A stretch of DNA of 27,350 bases from Octopus sinensis. Its lineage: Eukaryota. A program made the position numbers and the translations under genes. Below the pieces are notes generated by a model, which was not told where the DNA came from, did not search any database, and was given only the letters and a program-made list of their open reading frames with translations. This document shows positions 10,600 to 22,122 of the stretch, one piece after another. How positions within the stretch are numbered: position 1 is the first letter of the stretch; every line of letters begins with the position of its first letter. The stretch is taken from NCBI RefSeq assembly GCF_006345805.1, contig NW_021836496.1:1-27350 (forward strand), given 5' to 3'.

Positions 10600-11165
10600 T
10601 TGGGTTGTCCGGAAAGTTCGTGCCGATTTATAGTAGCATACCTTTCGACTTATTTTAGAAAATGGTTAAGTCCATAAAATAGGATTTGACTATACCTCCA
10701 TTTAGAGCACAGTTTAAGCTATCTTTTCGTGGAAGAAGGTTTATGTTCCTATAACCTGTGTTAATTCTGTAACCCTTTAAAATGGAAGATAAGAAAGTTC
10801 ATTTTCAGCACTTGATGCTTTGGGAACCAGACAAAAATTGCTGCAGCTCGGTTGGGATATGTTACCCCAACCTCCATATTCACCAGATATTGTTCCTTCG
10901 GATTTCCACTTATTCAGGTCTCTGCAGAATAGTCTTCATGGCAAACATTTCAGTTCCTTGGCTGATGTAAAAAGATACCTTGATGAATTGTTTGCCATGA
11001 AACCATCTCAATTTTGGGAAGAGGGTATTTTTAAGCTAAAGGAAAGATGGAGACACATTGTGCAACAAAATGGTTCGTATTTGATTGATTAAAAATGTAA
11101 TGGCAAGTATTTATTGACCTTTTTCTTTCCTTTAAAAATCGGCACGAACTTTCCGGACAACCCAA
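10600..11165 (+). mobile_element. Internally deleted mariner element, 566 bp
   Basis: Perfect 30-bp TIRs ttgggttgtccggaaagttcgtgccgattt, TA duplication at 10598-10599 and 11166-11167. Confidence 0.97.
10782..11092 (+). pseudogene. Mariner transposase pseudogene: N-terminal 15 codons joined out of frame to the C-terminal ~90 codons
   Basis: MEDKKVHFQHLMLWE then TRQKLLQLGWDMLPQPPYSPDIVPSDFHLF...LKERWRHIVQQNGSYLID*; YSPD motif and last catalytic Asp present. Confidence 0.95.
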
Positions 11166-11405
11166 TAGATAAATTTAGTAAAATATATGAAACGAGATTA
11201 CTGGTGGAATTTAAAGATAAAAACTGAAAACACACCGGTACACTATAATCCCTTCGACGTTGTTTGATGAATTATCAAAAGAATGCCATTTTTACGCTGT
11301 GTAATTCAGCAACCAAATTAAAACTAAAGTTGCGAGAAACAAGCAAAGACAAACTTCCATGTATCGCTAATGGAAGGTTTATTATTGCAGTATACAAAAT
11401 ACAGT

Positions 11406-11745
11406 GAAGGCACATGGCTTAGTGGTTAGGGGCATTCGGCTCATGATCGTAAGGTCGTGAGTTCAATTTCCGGCGGCGCGTTGTATCCTTGAGCAGGACA
11501 CTTTATTTCACGTTGCTCCAGTCCATTCAGCTGGCAAAAATGAGTAGTACCTGTATTTCAAAAGGGCCAGCCTTGTCACACTTTGTGTCACGCTGAATCT
11601 CTCCGAGAAATACGTTAAGGGTACACGTGTCTCTGAGTTGCTCAGCCACTTACACGTTAATTTCACGAGCAAGCTGTTCCGTTGATCGTATCAGCTGGGA
11701 CCCTCGTTGTCGCAATCGACGGAGTGCTCCTAAAAAAAAAAAAAA
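11406..11745 (+). mobile_element. Full-length SINE-B with poly(A) tail
   Basis: A-box tggcttagtggttagg, B-box gagttcaatttcc, centre ccttgagcaggacacttt...gctccagtcc...aaaatgagt (resembles conserved SINE central domains), 3' half shared with SINE-A, A14 tail. Confidence 0.93.
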
Positions 11746-11787
11746 TACAAATTCAGTTTTACTTTATTCATTATTTTAGAAATAAGA

Positions 11788-12149
11788 AAATACGTTCTGA
11801 GTTTAAATTCCGCCAAGGTTAACTTTTGCTATTCATCCTTTCGAGGTTAATAAAATAAGTACCAGTTGAATAGTGGAGTCGATGTAATCGATTACTCCTT
11901 CCTCGAAATTATCGATCTTGATCCAAAATTTTAAGAAATAAGTGAATCCGCGAACTGGCAGAACCGTTAACGTTTCGGGCAAAATGCTTAGTGGCATTTA
12001 GTTTCTACGTTCTCAGTTCAACTCCCACCGAGATCTACTTTGCTTTTTACTCTTTCTGGGTCGATGAAATAAGTTGAACACAGGGTTCGATGTAATGGAC
12101 TTGTCCCCTTCCTTAAAATATTTCATGCCTTGTACCTGTAAAAGAAAGG
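11788..12149 (+). mobile_element. Two old SINE-C copies head-to-tail (truncated, then full-length)
   Basis: Two degenerate B-box/ttcatcctttcg bodies; 18-bp direct repeat attattttagaaataaga at 11770-11787 and 12150-12167. Confidence 0.75.
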
Positions 12150-12321
12150 ATTATTTTAGAAATAAGATATGTAAAAATGTTTTAAGCAAGGCAAAAATGA
12201 ACGCAAATTTTTAGTGAAGGAAACTTAATGCAAAAATCTTCAGAATCTGATAAATATTTTGAAAAATACTTTTCTAAAATTTATAGAATTAAGTCGGTCA
12301 GTGGACTCGAGACACACCACC

Positions 12322-12821
<500 letters not shown>

Positions 12822-12870
12822 CATCCATCCAAATATCCATCCATCCATCCATCCATCCATCCATCCATCC

Positions 12871-12937
<67 letters not shown>

Positions 12938-13148
12938 GTTACTTCTTCCTTCTCCATTTCCTTTTTTTCCTCTCTCTATTTCCGTTCTTCTCTTGGTTAC
13001 CTACATCTTTTCTTGTATCTATGTCACAAGAGAGATGACCCTGATAAAAAAAAACAAAACAAATTAATGAAAATTACTCCAATCAAAGAGAGCAACTAAA
13101 TCAATTAATACACACAAATATAACATGTACGCATATGTGTATGTGTGT

Positions 13149-13163
<15 letters not shown>

Positions 13164-13196
<33 letters not shown>

Positions 13197-13210
13197 GAGA
13201 GAAGAGATAG

Positions 13211-13291
<81 letters not shown>
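13164..13291. repeat. (GA)n microsatellite
   Basis: Direct reading. Confidence 0.95.
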
Positions 13292-13294
<3 letters not shown>

Positions 13295-13625
13295 GACAGA
13301 GGAACAAACTCTAAAGAGGTAACCGAACTTAGCGCCCGTGGTTGCACTGGAAACGGAGGTCGGTAAGCCGGTTTCAATACGCACTTCAAAAGGCTCTCAT
13401 TAATATTGCTAATTCCCATGAGAAATAAAGCATGACAGAGAACATCAATCCATATTCCGTATCTGACACACCGCCCAGAGTCCAAGAAAAAGATCTGGAT
13501 GGTTAGAATTAGTGGAATCCAGTACAAAATACTTTAAGATATTTAATTATGGTCTTTCACTTCCCGAGTTCAATTTCCGCTCCAAACTGTTCTGGGGTAA
13601 GATGATTGAAAGAACTAATTTTTAA

Positions 13626-14146
13626 TCTTTTATCTTTTACTTGTTTCACTTATTATTGGATTGCAGCTATACTGGGGCTATACCTTAAATGCCCCAGAAT
13701 TTAAAGCTTTTTTCTTCTTTATTTGTCTGGTCACTTTTGCCGAACCACTATGTTACGGGGACGTAAACATATCAACAGCGGTTGTAAAGCGGGATGGTGG
13801 ACAAACACAGGCACAAAAGACACACACACACACACAACACACACACACACATATATATACACGACGGGCTTCCACACAGTTTCCATCCACTATGTTATAG
13901 GGACGTAAACATATCAACAGCAGTTGTAAAGCGGGATGGTGGACAAACACAGGCACAAAAGACACACACACACACTCTCATATACACGACGGGCTTCCAC
14001 ACAGTTTCCATCCACTTAATTCAGTTGTAAGACATTAGTCGGTCCGGAGCTCTAGTATAAGACACTTGTCCAAGGTGCCGCGCAGTGGAATTGAACTAGA
14101 AATCACGTCGTTGTAAACTGAGCGTCTTCATCATACAGCGATGTCT
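13626..14146 (-). mobile_element. Older SINE-D variant with internal ~142-bp tandem duplication
   Basis: D-like tail and head; 13746-13887 repeated at 13888-14012. Confidence 0.8.
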
Positions 14147-14378
14147 AATTTTTTTTCACCACCAATGTCAATTCCGATAGGATTTGAACTTTGCACGTAA
14201 AAAAATAAAAAAAAGCAATAATATAAGACTATTTTCATATTGTTTTAACTCATTATCATTTGCAACGGATCGGCGTCCCGTTCGCAAGCTTTTTTTCCCA
14301 CGAGAGTTCTGGACCCTAGTTATGGACTCATTTGCATATAGCCAATCAAAGCTCAACTATCAAACTAGTGTCCACCTA

Positions 14379-14791
14379 TTTCTTTACTACCCACAAGGGG
14401 CTAAACATAGAGGGACAAACAAGGACAGACAAAGGGATTAAGTCGATTACATCAACCCCAGTACGTAACTGGTACTTATTTAATCGACCCCGAAAGGATG
14501 AAAGGCAAAGTCGACCTCGGCGGAATTTGAACTCAGAACATAACGGCAGACGAAATACCTATTTCTTTACTACCCACAAGGGGCTAAACACAGAGGAGAA
14601 AAACAAGGACAGACAAAGGGATTAAGTCGATTACATCAACCTCAGTACGTAACTGGTACTTATTTAATCGACCCCGAAAGGATGAAAGCAAAGTCGACCT
14701 CGGCGGAATTTGAACTCAGACCGTAGCGGCAGACGAAATACCGCTAAGCATTTCGCCCGGCGAGCTAACGATTCTGCCAACTCGCCGCCTT
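14379..14791 (-). mobile_element. SINE-C homodimer (one head, two C1 units, 183-bp period) with perfect 16-bp TSD
   Basis: aactagtgtccaccta at 14363-14378 and 14792-14807. Confidence 0.95.
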
Positions 14792-15161
14792 AACTAGTGT
14801 CCACCTAACCACGAAAATACTCTGGTTGAGTTCAGTGGAAAACGTGCGTTATAGCAAAATCTAACATCTAAACAGGTTAACAGGGGTGACAAATGCGAAA
14901 TTTGGTGTATAAAGTGAATTAAAAGCTGCTCACCAATGATGCCATAAGTGTTGCCAATTTGCGTAATTTACTGAAAAATGTAAATGAGTGTAGTTCCCTA
15001 ATTTTTTGACAGATTTTGTACATTCCTAATTTAAAATGTTGGCGTAGATCTGGAAGCATCGTAATCAATATGACGTTGCGCCCTCCTTGCATATATCAAT
15101 GGTGACATGCAGTATCACTAATCTCAGTCTGAGCATAGGTACCTAATGTTAGCTCCATATA

Positions 15162-15546
15162 TGGAAGCACTCCGTCGGTTACGACGATGAGAGTTCCGGT
15201 TGATCCGAATCAACGGAACAGCCTGCTCGTGAAATTAACGTGTAAGTGGCTGAGCACTCCACAGACACGTGTACCCTCAACGTAGTTCTCGGGGATATTC
15301 AGCGTGACACAGAGAGATTGACAAGGCGGCCTTTGAAATACAGGTACAACAGAAACAGGAAGTAAAGAGAGAGAGAAAGTTGTGGTGAAAGAGTACAGCA
15401 GGGATCACCACCATCCCTGCCAGAGCCTCGTGGAACTTTAGGTGTTTTCGCTCAATAAACACTCACAACGCCCGGTCTGGGAATCGAAACCGCGATCCTA
15501 TGACCGCGAGTCCGCTGCCCTAACCACTGGGCCATTGCGCCTCCAC
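15162..15546 (-). mobile_element. Full-length SINE-A with 13-bp TSD
   Basis: ttagctccatata (15149-15161) and ttagttccatata (15547-15559); intact A/B-box head. Confidence 0.95.
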
Positions 15547-16060
15547 TTAGTTCCATATAAAGATGGTGCTCAATTGACCAATGAATATGGGGCGGGGCAG
15601 AATGTGGTGCTTATCTGAGACCTGCTATGTTGTACTCACAGAGTGACATACACCATTCTATGCCTGACTAACTGTGCTGTAGTAGTATACAGTATGTGGA
15701 TTTTCAAGGTGAGCTCTGATTGGCTGTATGCAAATAGGTTCATTACTGGAGTCCGTAACTCTCGTGGGAAAAAATTTTCGCGTCCCGCTCAGGGAGAAAT
15801 GTCGCTGGTACGCTGGATAAAGCGCTCTATGACATTTCTTCTGGTTCTTTACATTCTGAGTTCAAATCCCGCTGAGATCAGCTTAACCTTTTATGGGTTG
15901 GGGTGATTGTCAATAGAATTAAGTAGCTCGTTCGGAGTTCGAATTTAGCCAAGGCCAACTTTACTTTCGGGATGTATATGTGTGTTTGTTTTGGGTTCAA
16001 TCTCAGTGCGCAGCATTTTGGGAAAATGCCTTATACTATAGTTCCGGGCCGACTAATGTT

Positions 16061-16095
<35 letters not shown>

Positions 16096-16344
16096 GTGGT
16101 GGTGATCCCTGTACTGTAATCTTTCCCCACACTTTCTCTCACTCTTCCTGTTTCTGTTGTACCTGTACTTCAAAGGGCCGGCCTTGTCACTCTCTGTGTC
16201 ACGCTGAATATCCCCGAGAACTACGTTAAGGGTACACGTGTCTGTGGAGTGCTCAGCCACTTACACGTTAATTTCACGAGCAGGCTGTTCCGTTGATTCG
16301 GATAAACCGGAACCCTCATCGTCGTAACCGACGGAGTGCTTCCA
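16096..16344 (+). mobile_element. 5'-truncated SINE-A
   Basis: Body and tail match 15162-15420. Confidence 0.9.
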
Positions 16345-16346
16345 AA

Positions 16347-16585
16347 ATTTGTTTCAGTCATTTGATCGCGGCCATGCTGAAGCACCGCCTTTAGTCGAAC
16401 AACTCGACTCGAGGACTTATTCTTTGTAAACCTAGTACTTATTCTGTCGGTCTCTTGTGACGAACCGCTAAGTTACGGAGACGTAAACACACCAACATCG
16501 GTTGGTGGGATGTTGGTGTGAGAACAATAACGTTAACAAGCGATGGTGGGAGAACAAAGACGCAAATACACACACACACAAACAC
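16347..16585 (-). mobile_element. 5'-truncated SINE-D
   Basis: gtttcagtcatttga..gcggccatgctgaagcaccgcc tail and body to the (CA)n. Confidence 0.85.
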
Positions 16586-16762
16586 TAGTTTAAAAGTCGA
16601 ATTTCCTAGACCATTTTTTAAGCTCAATATTATGGGGGTCGACTATTACATGGATACTACTTTTGAGGGGATGAAATTCAAGCTAGAATCCATCCGAAGT
16701 ACCGTATCAGCAGCAGAATCTCAACTGATCTCTAAGCCAATAAAAACAAAGAATTATAGTAA

Positions 16763-17157
16763 TACTAGCAGTATCGCCCGGCGTTGCTCGGATTTGTTTC
16801 AACCCTTTAGAGTTGGAATTTTTGAAAAGTAAACATTTTGCATTATGTAGCTTGTTATTCTCTTTAAGTGAACTTTTTTCTGGTTGAAATTCACCGAAAA
16901 ATGGCGACACAGCAGTCAAAACATCGTAAAAAATAGGGATTTTCATAGAAAAAAAGCACCTTTTTGATGTAAATAATTTTTGGTGTTAACATGATCCGAT
17001 TTGAATTTCTTCTTCTGCGGAAGGAAGAGCAAGCCTTCTTCTATCATACTCTCAATTTTGGTCAACTTGCGCCGCAGGGTCTCGGAGGAGATAGTGTTAG
17101 TTGAAGGCTACCAAACCTGCCATTCACAGACAACATCAGCTTTATATATAGAGAGAT
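16763..17157 (+). mobile_element. Non-autonomous Helitron-like element (Lep1/HINE style)
   Basis: 5' TACTAGCAG..CGCCCGGCGTTGCTCGG and 3' CAGACAAC..CTTTATATATAGAGAGAT ends resemble that class; no TSD seen. Based on recalled end motifs. Confidence 0.55.
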
Positions 17158-17282
17158 TACCAATTCTATGCATCAAAACATGCGTCCTAGTAAATAACAA
17201 AACCCATAAACAAGACCGCGTAGCTCTCATGTGCAGTTACCAGTAAATGTCCAGAATATGGTGTAGAGTTGTTAATCTGGAG

Positions 17283-17402
17283 CAGGGATTCCCAGAATGC
17301 GTTCTGAAAGAATCCCAGGGTTCCCTGAAAGTTATCAAGGGTTTCACGTTTTTAAAAATAATGTCGAAGGATTCCGCGACAAAAAAAGTTTGGGAACCAC
17401 TG
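17283..17402. mobile_element. Decayed hAT-like MITE, ~120 bp
   Basis: Right end gtttgggaaccactg (CAGTGGTTCCCAAAC type); left cagggattcccagaa matches 11/15; flanking 8-mers match 5/8. Confidence 0.55.
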
Positions 17403-17623
17403 ATTTAGCGATTAGCTAAATGTCTTTAGGTTTACTGAAGTCATGTCTCTGTAGGAATTCATTACTTGGAAATGGATTGCGTGGCGTTCCATCAAATAAT
17501 GATATAAATACTTGTACCGATATATGCATAGCTATATACATATATACGTATGTGTGTACATATGTGTCGATATATTATATAATATATATATATATATATA
17601 GTATATATATATATATATATTAG

Positions 17624-17657
<34 letters not shown>

Positions 17658-17666
17658 TATATAATA

Positions 17667-18101
17667 TAAGTAATACTAAGCAATAAAGGGTTTAGCAACG
17701 AATTGCCTTACCACATACCGAATTTAGAAATAGCAGTCAAAGGGTTATAGCTATTTCTTCTACTAAAAAGGGAGATCTCAGTAAAAACAGCAATTGGAAG
17801 GCAGACACAAACAGGTAAGAGAGAATGAATTGACTGCAATCTATCATACATTTTTAAGTTATCTACGGACGTACGTTCGAAATCAAGTTTCGAAACGTAC
17901 GTCCGTAGATAACTTAAAAATGTATGATAGATTGCAGTCCAATCCTTCTCTTACCTGTTTTGTGTCTGCCTTCCAATTGCTGTTTTACTGAGATCTCCCT
18001 TTTAGTAGAAGAAATAGCTATAACCCTTTGACTGCTATTTCTAAATTCGGTATGTGGTAAGGCAATTCGTTGCTAAACCCTTTATTGCTTAGTATTACTT
18101 A
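17667..18101. repeat. Foldback palindrome 2: ~215-bp arms, 5-nt loop (tcaag, 17883-17887)
   Basis: Arms differ only by a few 1-nt indels and one short mismatched patch. The right arm continues as family-H sequence to ~18192. Confidence 0.96.
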
Positions 18102-18191
18102 AATTTTCCTCGAATGAGGCTTTTACATGCCGAAGACTACTTGGTGTAATTGATAATTATTCCAAATTAATTAATTTCACCCTTCATTATT

Positions 18192-18233
<42 letters not shown>

Positions 18234-18297
18234 TATTATATTATATATATATATATAATATATATATATAATATATATATATGTATGTTACTGTAGT

Positions 18298-18415
18298 AGA
18301 GATTCTTACAGTAGTAGAAATGGAATTTTTAACTCCTGTTTCTAAATTCGGTATGTGGTGAAGCAATTAGCTGACCCCTAATTATAATTATGTTTATAAT
18401 TATAGAATATTTGTG
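18298..18415 (+). repeat. Diverged family-H fragment
   Basis: tttctaaattcggtatgtggt shared with 18037-18058; ~90 bp is the reverse complement of 25690-25778. Confidence 0.8.
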
Positions 18416-18423
18416 TGTGTGTG

Positions 18424-18470
<47 letters not shown>

Positions 18471-18477
<7 letters not shown>

Positions 18478-19490
18478 TAGATAAACTTAGATATATTTCG
18501 ACCAAAGATTGGTCCAGGCCATGTCTAACTTAATAGCACCACCTGATAGGATTATTCGAATCCCGTTTAAAGCAAGTTTTGTTTAAGTCAAGTTTTGTTC
18601 AAGTAGTGAGTTCTTGTGTGTTGGGTGAGTTGTATCCAATTATGGGTGGCTTATCTGGTATTCTTTGAAGAATCTATCCAGACTCCGTTTAAAGTTGATG
18701 GGATCCTTTTCCTCTTTGATCTCCTCGGGACAATGTTAAATAGGGCAGGGCCTGTTGAGGAAAAGAAATTATGTTGCAGTGTACATGTAGTTGTGATCTT
18801 GAATGGGCAGGGGTCGTATGGCCCGTGGTCCCAGTCTTGGATGAACCTTGAAGCTAATGTTAAGGTCGTTTGGGCAAAAGTTGGCGGTATATTCTCCACA
18901 TCGTACAAATAATGTACCGCTCACGGCGAGCTGGAGGGATGGGGGAGTAAGTTTCAAGGCTTTAAGGCGATCCCAATAATCGAGAGCGGCCATGCCTTCA
19001 ATTTGTTTAGTGAGTGCCCTCTGGGGAGACTCAATTCTGGAGATGTTTTGTCTTGTATGGGGAGACCACAGTGGGCAGCAGTATTCAAGGTGTGGCCGTA
19101 CAAGGGAGGAAAAAAGTGGTATGATGACACCTTGTTCTCTGGACCTACGAGCTATATCGACCGTCTTGTTGATGTGTGCACTCCAACTGAGATCGTCATC
19201 AACAATTACACCCAGGTCTCTGATATTGTTAGAGGCTGTGAGCGGTTCCCCTGAAGGAAGAGAGTATGGTTGTTTTAGTGAGGAATTTCTTCCAAAATGC
19301 ATCAGCTCAAATTTTCCCTCGTTCAGTTGCATTTTGTTTCTGTCTGCCCATTGACTCACGGCATATAGATCAGACTGGAGTTGAGTTCGGTCTGCTTCTT
19401 CATTGACGATTTGCTGGAGCTTAGTGTCATCAGCAAATATTTTCACTTTGCAGTAATGTACGACACTGGAAAGGTCGTTTATGTAAATTA
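18471..19490 (-). mobile_element. 5'-truncated CR1-type LINE with 3' UTR and (ATCTAAGTTT)2 tail
   Basis: RT C-terminal region and CR1-like downstream motifs; tandem-repeat tail at 18471-18490 next to (TA)n. Confidence 0.9.
18620..19490 (-). pseudogene. LINE ORF2 reverse-transcriptase C-terminal pseudogene, frameshifted
   Basis: YINDL...KIFADDTKL (RT YADD motif), DLGVIVDDDLSWSAHI, LVRPHLEYCCPLWSP, then in another frame LQHNFFSSTGPALFNIVP; apparent in-frame deletion before SREQGVII. Confidence 0.93.
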
Positions 19491-19902
19491 TGTATGTGTG
19501 TATGTGTACAAGCACACGCACGCAGAAAGCTAGAAAGTGTCAGAGTAAGTGGGGGGGGAGATGCGGTGATGAGAAAGAATGTAAACGAAATTATTGTCTG
19601 CTATTCTATGGAACCGTTGAATCCAAGATTTATTGATGAAGAAACATGCTGGGGATGGGTGGTTGGTGCAGACAATCGGTCTGTCAATTGGTCAGTCAAA
19701 CTGCCTGGTGTCTGTCTGTCTGTCTATCTGGTCTGCTTATGTTTTTCTTTGTGTGTTTATATTTTTGTTTAGAAGCCTGGTCTTGTGCCATAAATCTTTC
19801 TCTTCATTCGTTTTACTGCTTACCAATGAAAGACCAATGGTCAAGTAGAGAAATTAAATAACGTTAAATATGACAGTAAAACAAAATATATATATATATA
19901 TA

Positions 19903-20329
19903 TAGGCGCAGGAGTGGCTGTGTGGTAAGTAGCTTGCTAACCAACCACATGGTTCCGGGTTCAGTCCTACTGCGTGGCATCTTGGGCAAGTGTCTTCTGC
20001 TATAGCCCCGGGCCGACCAATGCCTTGTGAGTGGATTTGCTAGACGGAAACTGAAAGAAGCCTGTCGTATATATGTATATATATATATATGTATGTGTGT
20101 GTATGTGTTTGTGTGTCTGTGTTTGTCCTCCTAGCATTGCTTGACAACCGATGCTGGTGTGTTTATGTCCCCGTAACTTAGCGGTTCGGCAAAAGAAACC
20201 GATAGAATAAGTACTGGGCTTACAAAAGAATAAGTCCCGGGGTCGATTTGCTCGACTAAAGGCGGTGCTCCAGCATGGCCACAGTCAAATGACTGAAACA
20301 AGTAAAAGAGTAAAAGAGTAAAAGAGTAA
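19903..20329 (+). mobile_element. Full-length young SINE-D within (TA)n
   Basis: Near-identical reverse complement of 8429-8834; (GTAAAAGA)3 tail. Confidence 0.95.
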
Positions 20330-20516
20330 TATATATAAAAAAAACCCCCAGACAAACAAATAATAACCCCACGATGGTATAGTTTCGGGTTAGACATAGT
20401 CGCAACATAAGCTAAGCGTTATGATAGAGGAATACATTTAAATGATAAAAGATGAGAACGTGAGCGGTGTCAGACACATTTGGAAGAGACAGTCTCCAAA
20501 CCACAAACCATTAAGA

Positions 20517-20727
20517 CGCATCATCAACATCGTCGTCGACGACATCGTCAATGTCACCAAGGAGTAGCAGCAGCAGCATGATGACGATGACGATGACGAC
20601 AACGACCACCACCACCAACAACAACATCCTCCTCCTCCTAATCAAGTATCTTCTTCCCTCATCCTCATTGCTATCACCATCATCGTTATCATCACCATTA
20701 TCATTATCGACGTCTTCGTCGCCGTTG

Positions 20728-20808
<81 letters not shown>

Positions 20809-20884
20809 CTAACGTCATTAACATGATCACCACAAACTACCGCTGCTACCACCACCACCACCACCACCACCAATACCACCACCA
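20517..20884. repeat. Compound trinucleotide array (CAT/CAC/CAG/GAC)
   Basis: Direct reading; source of the poly-D/M/S ORFs. Confidence 0.93.
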
Positions 20885-21058
20885 TTTGATTGCGGCCATG
20901 CTGAAGCACCGCCTTTAGTCGAACACTTCGACCTAGGACTTTTATTCTTTGTAAGCATAGTACTTATTCTATTGTTCTTTTTGCCGAACCGTTACGTTAC
21001 GGGGACGTAAGCACACCTACATTGGTTGTGACGGTGGGGGGGATAGACACAGACACAC

Positions 21059-21062
<4 letters not shown>
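20885..21062 (-). mobile_element. 5'-truncated SINE-D
   Basis: Tail and body match SINE-D. Confidence 0.85.
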
Positions 21063-21121
<59 letters not shown>

Positions 21122-21182
21122 TATATATATATATTATATATATATGTATATATATGTGTGTGGTGTATATATATATAATATG

Positions 21183-21609
21183 CTCTTTACCCTTTTACTT
21201 GTTTCAGTCATTTGACTGTGGCCATGCTGGAGCACCGCCTTTAGTCGAGCAAATAGACCCCAGGACTTATTCTTTGTAAGCCTAGTACTTATTCTATCGG
21301 TCTATTTTGCCGAACCGCTATATTCCGGGGATGTAAACCCACCAGCATCGGTTATCAAGCGATGTTGGGGGAGGGGGGCAAACACAGACACACAAACATA
21401 CACACACACATACACATATATACACACATATATACACATATATACGACGGGCTTCTTTCAGTTTCTGTCTACCAAATCCACTCACAAGGCTTTGGTCGGG
21501 CTGAGGCTATAGTAGAAGACACATACGCAAGGTGCCACGCAGTGGGACTGAGCCCGGAGCCATGTGGTTCGTAAGCAAGCTACTTACCACACAGCCACTC
21601 CTGCGCCTA
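21183..21609 (-). mobile_element. Full-length SINE-D
   Basis: Complete head to tail. Confidence 0.93.
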
Positions 21610-21844
21610 TAAGTAATATTTTTGACATAGTGGAGCGTAGTTACGATCTTCGGACCTCTGGGTTATGGGCCCAGCACGGTGTTGGTTTGTTAACGTCTCG
21701 TAAATTATAGGTTCGGTAAATGAAACCATAGAATAAGTACCAGTGGTGGGGACAGCCACAGGCACAGACATAACCCCCTTCCATACACATGCACACACAT
21801 ATATGAAGGGATTCTTTCAGTTTCTGCCTACCAAATCCACTCAC

Positions 21845-22076
21845 ATCAACATCGACAGTGACAATAACGACGACAACACCGGCACCACCGGCACCACCAC
21901 CACCACCACCATCAACAACAACATCAACATCATCATTATCATCATCAACACCACCACCACCACCACCACCACCACCACCACCACCATCAACAACAACAAC
22001 AACAACATCAATATCTCATCATCGTCATCATCATCATCATCGTCGTCATCGTCGTCATCATCATCATCGTCATCAT

Positions 22077-22117
<41 letters not shown>

Positions 22118-22122
22118 GCAGC
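21845..22122. repeat. Compound trinucleotide array (CAC/AAC/CAT/CAG)
   Basis: Direct reading; preceded by a degenerate SINE-D piece at ~21725-21845. Confidence 0.93.

Noticed and set aside
11406-11475. SINE heads as functional tRNA genes (also 9608, 15470, 25099)
   Set aside because: No acceptor-stem closure or Pol III terminator; each continues into a SINE body, several with TSDs.
13290-13530. GC-balanced segment / ORF 13105-13527 as an exon
   Set aside because: Stops in all plus frames, no recognisable peptide, and the ORF length comes from (GA)n.
17667-18101. Palindromes as amplification or assembly foldback chimeras
   Set aside because: Arms carry several substitutions and indels, and one has a transposon with TA duplication at the apex. 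Long reads are still needed to close this fully.
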